Below are positions 8,778 to 18,731 of a DNA stretch of 64,000 nucleotides, piece by piece. The first letter of the stretch is position 1. Every line of letters starts with the position of its first letter. The translations under genes were made by a program, and so were the position numbers. The stretch covers positions 96,001 to 160,000 of IMG/VR virus record IMGVR_UViG_3300017917_003016; one strand, given 5' to 3'. The notes under the pieces are model-generated. The model saw nothing but the letters and a program-made list of their open reading frames with translations, was not told where the DNA came from and did no database searches. Source of the DNA: a virus (taxonomy: Duplodnaviria > Caudoviricetes).

Positions 8778-10304
8778 ATGTCTGAACACGACATAAATCT
8801 TGTAACTGCTAAAGCCGGATCTGTTGTAGCGGAGGGTCTCAAACTCAGCCTTGCTACCCCGGGTAGTAGCAGCCTTACTCCCAGTACCGTTACTGCTATG
8901 GTAGGTATTTCCAAAGGTGAGGCACTTGATCTAGCACCTGAAGTTAAAACGGTCATGTCAAAACTATCTGACTGTGCAGCCAACGTTGGCGGAATATATA
9001 CTCCGGCGCAGAGTGCAAATGCAGCAGCAGCACTATCGGACCTACAATCTCTTCAAAGTGATCTTGGTGTTACAGGCAATCCCAGTACTAACAAACTTGG
9101 TGTTTTTGGTGCCTTTATGGCTCAAGCACAGAGTCATATAAATGATTCCATTGAGTTGAAAAATGCCACAAGTTTTATGAGTAATGCCAGTTATTCTGGT
9201 CTTGGTTCTGGAATTACCAGTATGAGTTCAATGGTAGATCAGGGATTAACTGCAAAATTAGGAAATTTAACCGGCGCAGCAAATGTCATGGGCTCATTGG
9301 GTAAGATGTTTAATCTTAGAGACATGACTAATTTTGGCTCCGGTGCGGGATTAGTTAACCAACTTAATGCTAACAAGATTGGGAACCTCAGTGGAGTTAA
9401 CAAAGCACTGGTTGAAGCCGGAGTTGATACCAATGATTTAAGCAATCCAGTATATAAAGATTCTATTACAAAAGTTTTAGAAAATATCAAAGATCCTGTG
9501 GTCATAGGCCAAATCAAAGATCAATTGGAAATCTCTCCAGCAGGTCCAATTGGAAATCTCAATGATCTATTGGATGTAAAAAAATTCATGCCTCCAGGTT
9601 CAATTGTAGGATTGTCTGGTGGATTTGGTGATATAGGGCAAAAATTCAATGATCTGGGAGCAAAATTTACAGGACCCAATGCAGCAAAAAATATGTTGCA
9701 AAATATTTCAGTGCCCAACATTCCAAAATTAAACTCTGCGGCACCTAACCTTTCGTCTTTGATGACTGGTCAACAGGCTGAAATTAACAGCATGATAGGT
9801 TCAAATTTAACTTCGAGTCCGACTGGTATTCCTAATATGACCGACTTTATGGGAGTAGTTGGCGGCGGCGGCGTGATGAAGCAACTGAGCCAAAGTTCTA
9901 ATATAGATTCGATTATTGGCGGAGTTAAATCACAGGTAACTAACACACAGACACTGTTGTCTAAGGCTGGAATAGATACTGCTGCTCCCCCTCCATCGGG
10001 ACTTAGCACAGCAATGAATTTTGCTACAGGCCTACATAAATTTGGTGCAGATACCAGCGGCTCGGGAATTACTCAAATGCTTGGAAACATGGCTAACTCT
10101 TCTAGCCAGTATGGTGATGCCATACAGTCTAGTTTGGCCGAAGGAAAAAACAAAGCATTGATGCAGGCTTCGGGTATTAAGCCATTGGATTTCAGTGGTG
10201 TCCCAATTGGAGAAGGAATGAAAAATCTTCAAGAGGGAAAGTTTATACCAGGAACTGGACAAATGACTCCAGACCAGATCAATAAGATATTTGGCGGCGG
10301 ATAA
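8778..10304 (+). CDS. hypothetical Gly/Ser/Asn-rich protein, possibly virion-associated
   Basis: 508-aa ORF; no recognisable catalytic motif. Confidence 0.65.
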   Translation: MSEHDINLVTAKAGSVVAEGLKLSLATPGSSSLTPSTVTAMVGISKGEALDLAPEVKTVMSKLSDCAANVGGIYTPAQSANAAAALSDLQSLQSDLGVTGNPSTNKLGVFGAFMAQAQSHINDSIELKNATSFMSNASYSGLGSGITSMSSMVDQGLTAKLGNLTGAANVMGSLGKMFNLRDMTNFGSGAGLVNQLNANKIGNLSGVNKALVEAGVDTNDLSNPVYKDSITKVLENIKDPVVIGQIKDQLEISPAGPIGNLNDLLDVKKFMPPGSIVGLSGGFGDIGQKFNDLGAKFTGPNAAKNMLQNISVPNIPKLNSAAPNLSSLMTGQQAEINSMIGSNLTSSPTGIPNMTDFMGVVGGGGVMKQLSQSSNIDSIIGGVKSQVTNTQTLLSKAGIDTAAPPPSGLSTAMNFATGLHKFGADTSGSGITQMLGNMANSSSQYGDAIQSSLAEGKNKALMQASGIKPLDFSGVPIGEGMKNLQEGKFIPGTGQMTPDQINKIFGGG

Positions 10305-10306
10305 CT

Positions 10307-11020
10307 GTGTTTGCACTAGATCCAATTGATGAATTTCAAAAAATACAAAATTGGACCAATAGACTCGAAAACCTCTCACTAACTCCCTTGCATTTTATTC
10401 AACGCCTGGGACAATTTTTAAATAAAAGTCATCCTATAACAGTGCAACTGCATGATGGGGATTTGTATGGTCTCAACCCTAGAGATTTTTGCATTTCGGC
10501 GGAGTATGATCCTCATGAAGATCAATTGGGACTAAAGTGTTTTAAATTTGATTTCATAATTAACCATCCTAAAAATCAAATTTATATTTGGGATCAGGAT
10601 AAGATCAATGATTTGAACTTGCAACTGTGCGAATCTTTGGTTCACGAATATCAACATCAAAAACAGTTTCAAAGTAGAAAATTTAAAACAAAGTCTTTTA
10701 GATACTCCACTGATTCAGTAGATCAATCTTTGATAAAGGAACAGCAACATTATGCTCACCCAGACGAATTAGAAGCCTATGCAACAAATATTGCAACTAG
10801 AATATTTTTACTTAGAAAAATATTAAATACATGTGTGGACGTTCAGGAAAGTCTAGACTATCAACATTATCTAACTTTGTTTGGTTCTAGACACCACGTG
10901 GTCTGTACTCTGTATAGCCAAATACAACAAAATCTAAAAAGCCTAGAGGAATTAGCAAATGGCAAAATCCCACAGCAAAGTAGAAGAAGTTCAAGTCGAA
11001 GCAGAAGATTACCTAAGTGA
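10307..11020 (+). CDS. HExxH putative metallopeptidase
   Basis: LVHEYQH and downstream ELEAY. Confidence 0.6.
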   Translation: MFALDPIDEFQKIQNWTNRLENLSLTPLHFIQRLGQFLNKSHPITVQLHDGDLYGLNPRDFCISAEYDPHEDQLGLKCFKFDFIINHPKNQIYIWDQDKINDLNLQLCESLVHEYQHQKQFQSRKFKTKSFRYSTDSVDQSLIKEQQHYAHPDELEAYATNIATRIFLLRKILNTCVDVQESLDYQHYLTLFGSRHHVVCTLYSQIQQNLKSLEELANGKIPQQSRRSSSRSRRLPK

Positions 11021-11198
11021 ATTAGATGATCTTGACGAAGACGATTATATTTTTGTAGTCAATTCTGAAGGAGAAATGAAAACTGTAATTTTTCCACCCT
11101 CAGATGGTTTTGAATACAGCAAAAAACTACTCAAACTTTTTAAACTTTTAGGATGTAATAATCCGGACATTCTACTGCAGCGGCCTACTATACACTAG
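10959..11198 (+). CDS. hypothetical acidic protein
   Basis: ORF track; AGAGG RBS. Confidence 0.65.
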   Translation: MAKSHSKVEEVQVEAEDYLSELDDLDEDDYIFVVNSEGEMKTVIFPPSDGFEYSKKLLKLFKLLGCNNPDILLQRPTIH

Positions 11199-11434
11199 GA
11201 CCACTGCAGCAAGAAGGCCATAACATCTTTGTGATTATCGAAAGATATCACGCAGCCATTTATCTCAACTGCGTTTGAGATATTTTTATAGACCCATGAT
11301 TCAATCTCATCGTAGTTTTCCAGCCAGAAACTAAGATCTGCTGCCACAACAAAATGAACATCTTCATCGTAACCGTGATCGTTGGGGCCGCTATAAACAA
11401 ACCTGCGGCCCTGTACACCTTCTAAGAGACTCAT
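11195..11434 (-). CDS. hypothetical protein
   Basis: ORF track; part of a minus-strand operon. Confidence 0.6.
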   Translation of the reverse strand: MSLLEGVQGRRFVYSGPNDHGYDEDVHFVVAADLSFWLENYDEIESWVYKNISNAVEINGCVISFDNHKDVMAFLLQWS

Positions 11435-12253
11435 TTAGACCTCAAAGGTCACAGGCTCAAACTCCTGTGACCGCGGTTCATGCCCTGCATAACCTCGAGG
11501 ATTGCAAACAACTCTAGTGGTACCGATTGTATAATCAAACGGATCATGCATGTGTCCGTGACACCATAGACGAATCTGCGGATGGTCAAGGATCAACTCG
11601 CTCAAATCACTAGAGTAACCACCGTTCATTTCTCGGTCCTCTTTATACCAGTCGGCAATACTAAGATGACTAGGGGCATGATGTGTGACCACCACAACCT
11701 TACGGTCCTCAAGTTTTGCTAGTTCATCTCTAAGCCAATCTTTGGTCTGTTGGTGAATTTCACAGGTGTCTCTAGGATCCAACTTGCGATAAACACCGTG
11801 ATTGCAGTTTGTGATCACACGATAATCTGTCATCATGTTCTTGAGATACTGTATGGTCACAGGGTCCCCACGATTACAATCAGTCCACAAGGTAGCACCT
11901 AAAAAGGTTACATCATCTAAGTCAAACCTTTGCTGTTCTAGGAGTTCAACGTTGTCTGGCAAGTCTTGGTTAATTTCATTCCAAGTCTTCCACATCTTGC
12001 CGTGGTAATGTTCGTGGTTACCCATGACATAAATCACTCGGCTGTACTTAGCACATTCCTCCCAAAAGAAACGTGCCGCACGGTCCATGCGCCGGTTCCT
12101 TGAGTCTTTGACTAGAAGATTATAAGGGTCATACTTGTAATTGTTGAGTGTACGACTTTCGCAGGCATCACCTGCAATCACAAGAACTTCGCCACCGGGC
12201 AGGTCAAGGTCATCAAATTCAAGATGTAGATCGCTAACTAGTGTAATTTTCAT
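11435..12253 (-). CDS. calcineurin-like metallophosphoesterase
   Basis: SDLHLE, AGD, GNHEHY, THHAP, HGHMH. Confidence 0.9.
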   Translation of the reverse strand: MKITLVSDLHLEFDDLDLPGGEVLVIAGDACESRTLNNYKYDPYNLLVKDSRNRRMDRAARFFWEECAKYSRVIYVMGNHEHYHGKMWKTWNEINQDLPDNVELLEQQRFDLDDVTFLGATLWTDCNRGDPVTIQYLKNMMTDYRVITNCNHGVYRKLDPRDTCEIHQQTKDWLRDELAKLEDRKVVVVTHHAPSHLSIADWYKEDREMNGGYSSDLSELILDHPQIRLWCHGHMHDPFDYTIGTTRVVCNPRGYAGHEPRSQEFEPVTFEV

Positions 12254-12525
12254 AAGGTGTACTTTAAGTTGAATAATATAAATTTTTGTTCGTCGTATAC
12301 TCGATGTTCTGCAGTTAACATACCATCCATCATGACTACATCAAGTCCCCAGGTATCATGCATCCAACGACAGAACTCGCCGGTATTAAACATGCCCACA
12401 TCTAAGTTTTTAGACTCTTTAAGAAAATCTTCCTTGGCTCGACTGAGTTGTCCTAGATAGGTAATGTCGCCAAACAAGGTATCCCAACGCTGTTTTTGCG
12501 AACTGTATAGACTATTGTTGCCCAT
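12250..12525 (-). CDS. hypothetical protein
   Basis: ORF track; coupled overlaps. Confidence 0.6.
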   Translation of the reverse strand: MGNNSLYSSQKQRWDTLFGDITYLGQLSRAKEDFLKESKNLDVGMFNTGEFCRWMHDTWGLDVVMMDGMLTAEHRVYDEQKFILFNLKYTL

Positions 12526-12751
12526 ACTTAAGATACCAATAGGTCAAAAATCTTTCAAGGTCGTAATTTGATTTCCAATACCACATGTCATAACTCATGC
12601 GACGAACGCCGGGTCTATCTTTAAGATCCTCTACCAGGCGGTCAATCTCCGCTAATTCCCATTTGAACACTGGTCCATCGAATAAAGAAGGATTTATGTC
12701 TAGGTCTAATTGCATGACCCATGTATTGCGGCGTTGAAAGATTTTGAACAT
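12512..12751 (-). CDS. hypothetical protein (start moved to ATG 12751, downstream of the minus-strand promoter)
   Basis: The longer ORF-track start lies inside the predicted promoter. Confidence 0.55.
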   Translation of the reverse strand: MFKIFQRRNTWVMQLDLDINPSLFDGPVFKWELAEIDRLVEDLKDRPGVRRMSYDMWYWKSNYDLERFLTYWYLKYGQQ

Positions 12752-12758
12752 AGGAAGT

Positions 12759-12818
12759 ATTTTACACTCTACTGTAGAAAATGTCAAGGTTGACAGGTGT
12801 CCTTTTTTGTAATATAAT
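12759..12818. promoter_or_regulatory. back-to-back divergent sigma70-type promoters
   Basis: Plus strand: TTGACA 12790-95, 17 bp, TATAAT 12813-18. Minus strand: TTGACA 12787-82, 17 bp, TAAAAT 12764-59. Confidence 0.8.
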
Positions 12819-12863
12819 CACAGTGTAGTAATTATTTAACTGACTCTTAACCAGTGAGGCAAT

Positions 12864-13088
12864 ATGACTGTTCTACTGCATGCTGATACTATCAAACCTT
12901 CTTTGACCAATACTCACAAAAGGGTATTTGATCCAAATAATCAAGAAGATCTTAAGATCTATAAAAAGTTTCTTGAAACAGGAAGTTGGAGTCAAAAGCC
13001 TTGTCCATTTTTTCTTGAGTGGCCGTGGTTGACTATCCCCCATATGATCAATCATAAGATTACAGAAAGTGTTCTAGAAAAGATTTAA
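12864..13088 (+). CDS. hypothetical protein
   Basis: ORF track; GAGG RBS. Confidence 0.7.
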   Translation: MTVLLHADTIKPSLTNTHKRVFDPNNQEDLKIYKKFLETGSWSQKPCPFFLEWPWLTIPHMINHKITESVLEKI

Positions 13089-13094
13089 AATACC

Positions 13095-13122
13095 AAAAGC
13101 CCAGAATTGTCTGGGCTTTTTT
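13095..13122 (+). terminator. intrinsic terminator
   Basis: aaaagcccaga-attg-tctgggctttttt. Confidence 0.85.
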
Positions 13123-13141
13123 ACGGCTACTAAATATTTTT

Positions 13142-13420
13142 ATGGCCAGTTATAGTGTATACGCAAAATTAGACGAAAGCCAGACTAGTCCTATACTTGT
13201 TCGCGGTGAAATACGTATATCTGCAGACGTTACGGTCTACTATCGCATAGGCGAAAATCCTATAGCAGATTCCAGATGTGCAGTTATTAGAGCAGGGCAG
13301 AGTATAACCACTACACTACCTTCCTGTGGACTAAAAATTGCATTTTTAGCAACTAATAACTCAGGTCACGTCTCAATTGTACAGGTTAACAAAACCAAGG
13401 CCAGTTGTTCTGCTCGGTAG
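13142..13420 (+). CDS. small beta-rich protein (paralog of 13455-13787)
   Basis: Shared VYY.(I/V)G...CA.(I/L).A...(I/V)AF....G..VS(I/V) pattern. Confidence 0.65.
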   Translation: MASYSVYAKLDESQTSPILVRGEIRISADVTVYYRIGENPIADSRCAVIRAGQSITTTLPSCGLKIAFLATNNSGHVSIVQVNKTKASCSAR

Positions 13421-13454
13421 TTGATAAATAACTAAAAGTTCCGAGGAATTAACA

Positions 13455-13787
13455 ATGGCAACATTTAATATCATAGCACAGCCCAACGCTAGTAACGTCA
13501 GTGTAGCACTTAACAGCACCAAAGTTAAGGTTGTTAGCAATGTGGCTGTTTATTACGCTGTGGGAAATGGTACCCCAGTAGCATATACCACAGGTAACTG
13601 TGCACTTCTTCCCGCTAATACCATACGCGATATCAATTGTGGCCCAGGGGTACTAACCATTGATGCTAACCTAGCGGTCACCGTAACAGGAACCGGACCA
13701 AGGGTTGCATTTATCAGTGCTGGCGGAACTGCGTTAGTCAGCGTCACTGAAATTGGTTATGTAGATTTTACAAAAGTATCAAATTAA
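13455..13787 (+). CDS. small beta-rich protein (paralog of 13142-13420), possibly virion decoration
   Basis: See paralog; GAGGA RBS. Confidence 0.65.
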   Translation: MATFNIIAQPNASNVSVALNSTKVKVVSNVAVYYAVGNGTPVAYTTGNCALLPANTIRDINCGPGVLTIDANLAVTVTGTGPRVAFISAGGTALVSVTEIGYVDFTKVSN

Positions 13788-13867
13788 ATTCTACAATAGA
13801 AGAGTCTCAATAATTCAAAAAGGTTGCGCTCTAGCATTATCTTTTGCTAGAATAACTAGCGTAATCC

Positions 13868-13875
13868 TATAAATA
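13868..13875 (+). promoter_or_regulatory. T4-type late promoter TATAAATA
   Basis: Exact motif just upstream of an ATG; also at 18662, 21140, 28882, 32579, 38763 and 61093/61099. Confidence 0.7.
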
Positions 13876-13882
13876 CCTGACT

Positions 13883-15364
13883 ATGATATTTGGACTATTT
13901 GTATTAGCAGTTGCACTTGTTATCAGCGCAGTAGCCGCGTACTACAGTATTGCAGGTCTTACGGCTATATTCGCTGCGGCTGTTATACCTATCATTATAA
14001 TGGGTGCTGCTCTCGAAGCAGGTAAGATCACTGCCACAGTGTGGCTACACAAATATTGGCATCGAGCACCTATACAATTCAAACTCTATCTAGTTCCGGC
14101 TATTGTAATTTTAATGTTAATTACTAGCATGGGTATCTTTGGATACCTATCAAAAGCACACATGGATCAAACGCTAGTAGTAGGTGATAGTTCTAGCAAG
14201 GTATCTATCCTAGACGAAAAAATTGCCACAGAAAAGTCTAACATAGACAGTGCTCGTAAAGCCCTGCAGCAGATGGATGCACAGGTTGACCAACTCTTGG
14301 GTCGCACCACAGATGACCGAGGCGCTAACCGTGCAGTGCAGGTTCGTAAGCAACAGGCTAAAGAACGCAAGGCTTTACAGGATGAAATAAGCCAAGCACA
14401 GAAAAATATTGCGGCATTACAAAATGAACGTGCGCCTTTGGCAGCAGAAACTCGCAAGATAGAAGCAGAAGTTGGTCCTATCAAGTATATCGCAGCCCTG
14501 ATCTACGGCGACAATCCTGATGCTAATCTGCTAGAACGTGCGGTTCGTTGGGTTATTATTTTATTGGTGTTTGTATTTGATCCTCTTGCTCTTGTGCTAA
14601 TTCTTGCAGCAGAGCAAACTATCGAGTGGTCTAGAGAAGATAAGAAAAAGCAACCTGATCTGGGACTAAACATTCCTTTGCCTGAGGACGATGCTGCAGT
14701 GACAGATTTTTTTCGTCAGGGCAAGGAATTAGCAGAACGTATAGACCAGGGCGGCGGAACACTTACAGATGACGACCTTGCAGCCATGAATATTCGTCCG
14801 CCTAAAGACGAAGAAATCAGACCATTTATTGAAGAAGAAGTAGAGGCCCTGAACAGTTATGTTAGCAATATAACTGTTCAACTAGATTCAATCCCCAAAG
14901 TTGAAACTCCTACTGTAGAAGAAACACCTGTAGTAGATGAACTACCCCACGCTGATCCTCCCCCTATACGCGGGTTCCAACCACCAGCCATTGATGAGTC
15001 ACCGATAAACCCTCCGCCCAAATCAGTACAAATCGACGAAAATCAGGTGTTAATTCCTAACATGGCTTTAACCGCAGATGAAAATCCTGCTAGTGCTGGT
15101 TTTGGTACAGAGTTTCCGCAAAATCCCCAACGTGGTGATATGTTCCTCCGCGTAGACTATTTGCCTAGTAGACTTTACAAGTGGAATGACCGTAAGTGGA
15201 TAGAGGTCAGTAAGGAAAACTCAGATACACTGGCCTACGATGAACATTATATCAAACATCTAATAGAACGTATTGACCAAGGGGAGTATGATGTAGAACT
15301 ACTTTCTGATGTTGAACGTGAGCAAATTCAAAGGTACTTAAATGAAAAATCAAACACCCAGTAG
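13883..15364 (+). CDS. membrane protein with coiled coil and Pro/acidic linker
   Basis: 3 N-terminal TM helices, heptad region, a 4th TM, C-terminal P..P.RGD.F..D..P.RLYKW module. Confidence 0.7.
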   Translation: MIFGLFVLAVALVISAVAAYYSIAGLTAIFAAAVIPIIIMGAALEAGKITATVWLHKYWHRAPIQFKLYLVPAIVILMLITSMGIFGYLSKAHMDQTLVVGDSSSKVSILDEKIATEKSNIDSARKALQQMDAQVDQLLGRTTDDRGANRAVQVRKQQAKERKALQDEISQAQKNIAALQNERAPLAAETRKIEAEVGPIKYIAALIYGDNPDANLLERAVRWVIILLVFVFDPLALVLILAAEQTIEWSREDKKKQPDLGLNIPLPEDDAAVTDFFRQGKELAERIDQGGGTLTDDDLAAMNIRPPKDEEIRPFIEEEVEALNSYVSNITVQLDSIPKVETPTVEETPVVDELPHADPPPIRGFQPPAIDESPINPPPKSVQIDENQVLIPNMALTADENPASAGFGTEFPQNPQRGDMFLRVDYLPSRLYKWNDRKWIEVSKENSDTLAYDEHYIKHLIERIDQGEYDVELLSDVEREQIQRYLNEKSNTQ

Positions 15365-15665
15365 ATTTATAACCTATCCAGACGTAGTCAACTCAACAGG
15401 AAACCATACAGTTTTGTTGGTTGATGCAGACCTTGATGATGTTGCTAATCTAGCCACTTTCTGTAGTTTGAGCCGGAGAGACTATGACATTTATTTGTAC
15501 AAGGGATCGCAGGATGATCTACAATGGTTATCCTACGTAAACAATCTTTCTAGTAAGACCTTTATAAGAGAACCTAGCGAAGTTACCATAACCGGCGTAG
15601 AACGATATTCATCGATTGATAGACTCAAAGACTATTTTACTAATATTGATAAGTCTCCCCAGTAA
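15342..15665 (+). CDS. hypothetical protein
   Basis: ORF track. Confidence 0.65.
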   Translation: MKNQTPSRFITYPDVVNSTGNHTVLLVDADLDDVANLATFCSLSRRDYDIYLYKGSQDDLQWLSYVNNLSSKTFIREPSEVTITGVERYSSIDRLKDYFTNIDKSPQ

Positions 15666-15736
15666 TCAAAATTAATTTTTTTGATAAAAATTTAGCATGA
15701 TAAATAATATACTCATATATTGGGGAATACATTTTT

Positions 15737-15970
15737 ATGGGGTATGACAAAATAATCAAAGGCAACACTGTCTACGTTAAAAACGACAATGTAGATCAGG
15801 CTCTGCGCAAGTTTAAAAAACGTGTACAAGACAGTGGTTTACTGCAAGAACTTCGCGACCGCGAGTTTTATGAAAAGCCAACTAGCGTAAGAAAACGCAA
15901 GGTTGGTGCAGCCAAACAGCGTTGGCGCAAGCGTGTAGAGAGCGAGAAACTACCAAAGAAAATGTTCTAA
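15737..15970 (+). CDS. rpsU: ribosomal protein bS21
   Basis: NVDQALRKFKK...ELRDREFYEKPTSVRKRK. Confidence 0.93.
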   Translation: MGYDKIIKGNTVYVKNDNVDQALRKFKKRVQDSGLLQELRDREFYEKPTSVRKRKVGAAKQRWRKRVESEKLPKKMF

Positions 15971-17517
15971 GCAAGTATTTTTTTCATCCGATCGGTGATT
16001 AAATTATCTATAGGATAATTGCTGTTAAGAATATTTTTAATAATTACGTTATTTTGATTTTTATCTGCAAGCATGCTGTGATCGTAACCGATAGTCCTTA
16101 GTTCAGGATATTCAATTAGGTCCGCTGGGTAAAAATTATCGAAGTATTCTCGATCATCTTTTTCAACTAATTTGGCTACCTGTTTAAAACTTACCCCTAC
16201 ATTATTGACCCAACCGTCCTCTCCCCAAGTAAGTTGATATTTTTCATAGTCGTTACTCATTGAATTTGTTTTTATAACAATGTGTTTATGTTCGGGAGGG
16301 GTTACCCAAAGTGCACTATATTTGTAACTGTCAACCAATGGTGTAGTTTTTAACCAAGCCATTGTTTCTAAAATACTGTCGTACGGTTCCCATGGTAATC
16401 CGGCTATCATGAGAGCATTAATTAAAACATCCTGTTTCCATACAGATCTTAAGTGTTCAAGTGTTTCTATAATTCTAGATCGCCCAAGCCCTTTTCCAAC
16501 AAATTTGCCTGCTTTGTCATGCAAGGTTTCAATACCAAAACAACCTAATTTACAACCTGATTCCATCAACCATTGTGCACTTTCTGGATTTGACCAGATA
16601 AGGTCTAATCTCAAATAACTAACCCATTCTGGAGTAAAAGGCAATTTACTCCAAACTTCGTCGTAAAGCGTTTTAATCTTATGATCACTATCATTATACA
16701 AGTCGTCTAATAGATGATATTTGGTAACACCAAACAATTCATAATTTCGAATTAGTTCATCTAATAGCGTTTTGGTGTATTTTGTAGTATCAGATTTTCC
16801 TTTATGATCGTAGGTGCAATAAGCACATTTAAACGCACATCCTCGACTTACTTCTAAAGTTAGCCACTCATCTGGAAGGATATGATCGTTGGGAGTATAA
16901 ATTATACTACTCGATTTAAATTCTTTTTCTCCTTCGTATGACTGTGGAACTGTTGTTTTGTTTGATAAGGCGTTGGTAAAATCAACTATAAAATCTTCAG
17001 TATAACCTACTGAAAAGTGTATGAATGGGCTAGACAAATTTAACGCACCTTTTTTAATATGACTTACCCAGGTACCACCTATCATTAAATGAGCATTTGA
17101 TTTTTTAAAAGCATAATCCGCTAAGGCTGTTAATTCGTCTGTGCCCCAAGCCAGTTGCGTAACGGCGGTAGTTATATAGGTTAAGTTAGTTAATACATTA
17201 AGATTTAAAAAATCTTCAGAACTTTCTCGCCAAAGGGTTCGATATTCGTCAATATTATTAGATTTAATAGTTAAAAAGGTAGTGCTAACGCCTATCCACA
17301 ACAGTGTTGAGGCGTGTTGGTCAATGAGATTTTTAATTGCTCTTAACGTCAGACGCAGGCAATTTGGAACAACTAAAACTTCATACCCTTTAGAACGTAA
17401 CACGCTGGCTACTTTATAGGCTCCAGCGGCTCTAGAGTATCTTTCTAATTGTATACTTGTTCCTTGAAGTTCCCTTGTTAGCGGACTTCTGTCTGTAAAA
17501 AGAATTACTTGAGCCAT
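15967..17517 (-). CDS. radical SAM protein with N-terminal cobalamin-binding-like domain
   Basis: SRGCAFKCAYC (CxxxCxxC), DDLYN, FGIETL, MIAGLP. Confidence 0.8.
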   Translation of the reverse strand: MAQVILFTDRSPLTRELQGTSIQLERYSRAAGAYKVASVLRSKGYEVLVVPNCLRLTLRAIKNLIDQHASTLLWIGVSTTFLTIKSNNIDEYRTLWRESSEDFLNLNVLTNLTYITTAVTQLAWGTDELTALADYAFKKSNAHLMIGGTWVSHIKKGALNLSSPFIHFSVGYTEDFIVDFTNALSNKTTVPQSYEGEKEFKSSSIIYTPNDHILPDEWLTLEVSRGCAFKCAYCTYDHKGKSDTTKYTKTLLDELIRNYELFGVTKYHLLDDLYNDSDHKIKTLYDEVWSKLPFTPEWVSYLRLDLIWSNPESAQWLMESGCKLGCFGIETLHDKAGKFVGKGLGRSRIIETLEHLRSVWKQDVLINALMIAGLPWEPYDSILETMAWLKTTPLVDSYKYSALWVTPPEHKHIVIKTNSMSNDYEKYQLTWGEDGWVNNVGVSFKQVAKLVEKDDREYFDNFYPADLIEYPELRTIGYDHSMLADKNQNNVIIKNILNSNYPIDNLITDRMKKILA

Positions 17518-17550
17518 TTTAAATTTTTATCTACAACTATTTATAAGTAC

Positions 17551-17964
17551 ATGTATTACAGTCAAACTAAAGTGTCTAATATTGTTATAATTCTTGTTAG
17601 TGATTCCCCACCAAACCTATTCATTGAGTTGAACGGGCAATATGTGGAGAATAAAATATTGTGTGACGATAATCAGAAGGACACATGGAAGTTGTTATTT
17701 TCTGCAGATTTGAAATCAAAAAATGAAATTTGTGTTCATTGCGCTAATGTTAACAACTATATTAAAGTTGAAGAAGTAATAGTTGATGGGATTAATTTTG
17801 GTCTAGTAACATTCTTGTGTACCAACGTTGAAAATAAACAAGGCACACAGTTAAACAAAAGTGGAACAATAAAAATTGAATTAGAATTTCCAATTTGGAA
17901 ATTTTGGTGTGAAAAAATGAATGATTTTAACTACGAAAGGTATCCGCTTGGATCAACTGACTAA
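17551..17964 (+). CDS. hypothetical protein
   Basis: In-frame ATG 17551 follows a late-promoter-like TATAAGTA. Confidence 0.6.
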   Translation: MYYSQTKVSNIVIILVSDSPPNLFIELNGQYVENKILCDDNQKDTWKLLFSADLKSKNEICVHCANVNNYIKVEEVIVDGINFGLVTFLCTNVENKQGTQLNKSGTIKIELEFPIWKFWCEKMNDFNYERYPLGSTD

Positions 17965-18646
17965 AGATTTTTTTTCTAACGATTTTCCAAAATTTAATAA
18001 ATCAGTCACAATGAGTGATGATGTGTTGGAAACAGATATTCCTGTATTAGAACTTCCTCTGAGATTAAATGTAACTTACCTGTTGGAACTACTTAAAGAT
18101 CAAACAACTGAAATTCATGTTAGGCCAAAGTATCCGTATGAGACAGAACCAAGAATAGCCAATTGGAATATACAACCTCTTTGGAGCGATGGCACAATAA
18201 TAACAAACTACAGTGATTTTTATTATAAAAAATGTCAACCCCCCTGCGAAAAAGTTGAGCCAACTCCAACCAGCGCAATAATTAAAAATTATTTAGAACA
18301 ATTTGGTTTTACTTTGGGACTATGTTTTTATTCAGTTTTTGATGCTGGTGGTTACGTTAGACCTCACAGGGACATCAGACCTTCCCAAAAATCACTTGAT
18401 TATATATGGATTCCTTTGAATAATCCCAACGGTAGTGAATTAAAAGTCTATCCATACGGAACAGTTAAAATAAATTTAGGTAGTGCTTATTTGCTGAATC
18501 AAAGTAATTATGTACATGCAGTAAAAAATCAATCTAATGAGCAAAGAAAAGTATTGCTAGGATACATAAGAAAAACCAACAAAAATTTTTTAAATCTAGT
18601 AGAATCTTGTATTAGAGAAAAATATAGGTTGACTGATGAAAATTAG
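17921..18646 (+). CDS. 2OG-Fe(II) oxygenase (Asp/Asn beta-hydroxylase-like)
   Basis: VRPHRD (HxD) ... VHAVKN ... RKVL. Confidence 0.7.
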   Translation: MILTTKGIRLDQLTKDFFSNDFPKFNKSVTMSDDVLETDIPVLELPLRLNVTYLLELLKDQTTEIHVRPKYPYETEPRIANWNIQPLWSDGTIITNYSDFYYKKCQPPCEKVEPTPTSAIIKNYLEQFGFTLGLCFYSVFDAGGYVRPHRDIRPSQKSLDYIWIPLNNPNGSELKVYPYGTVKINLGSAYLLNQSNYVHAVKNQSNEQRKVLLGYIRKTNKNFLNLVESCIREKYRLTDEN

Positions 18647-18705
18647 TCATTTAAAATAAAGTATAAATAATGTTATAAGTTGCTCAGGTGAGGGCTTATA
18701 TTTAG

Positions 18706-18726
18706 ATCTTGCTTAACTAAGGAGAT
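18706..18726 (+). promoter_or_regulatory. ROSE-like RNA thermometer hairpin occluding the dnaK SD
   Basis: AUCUUGCU-UAACUA-AGGAGAU; UUGCU pairs with AGGAG leaving a bulged G. Confidence 0.7.
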
Positions 18727-18731
18727 ATGAT

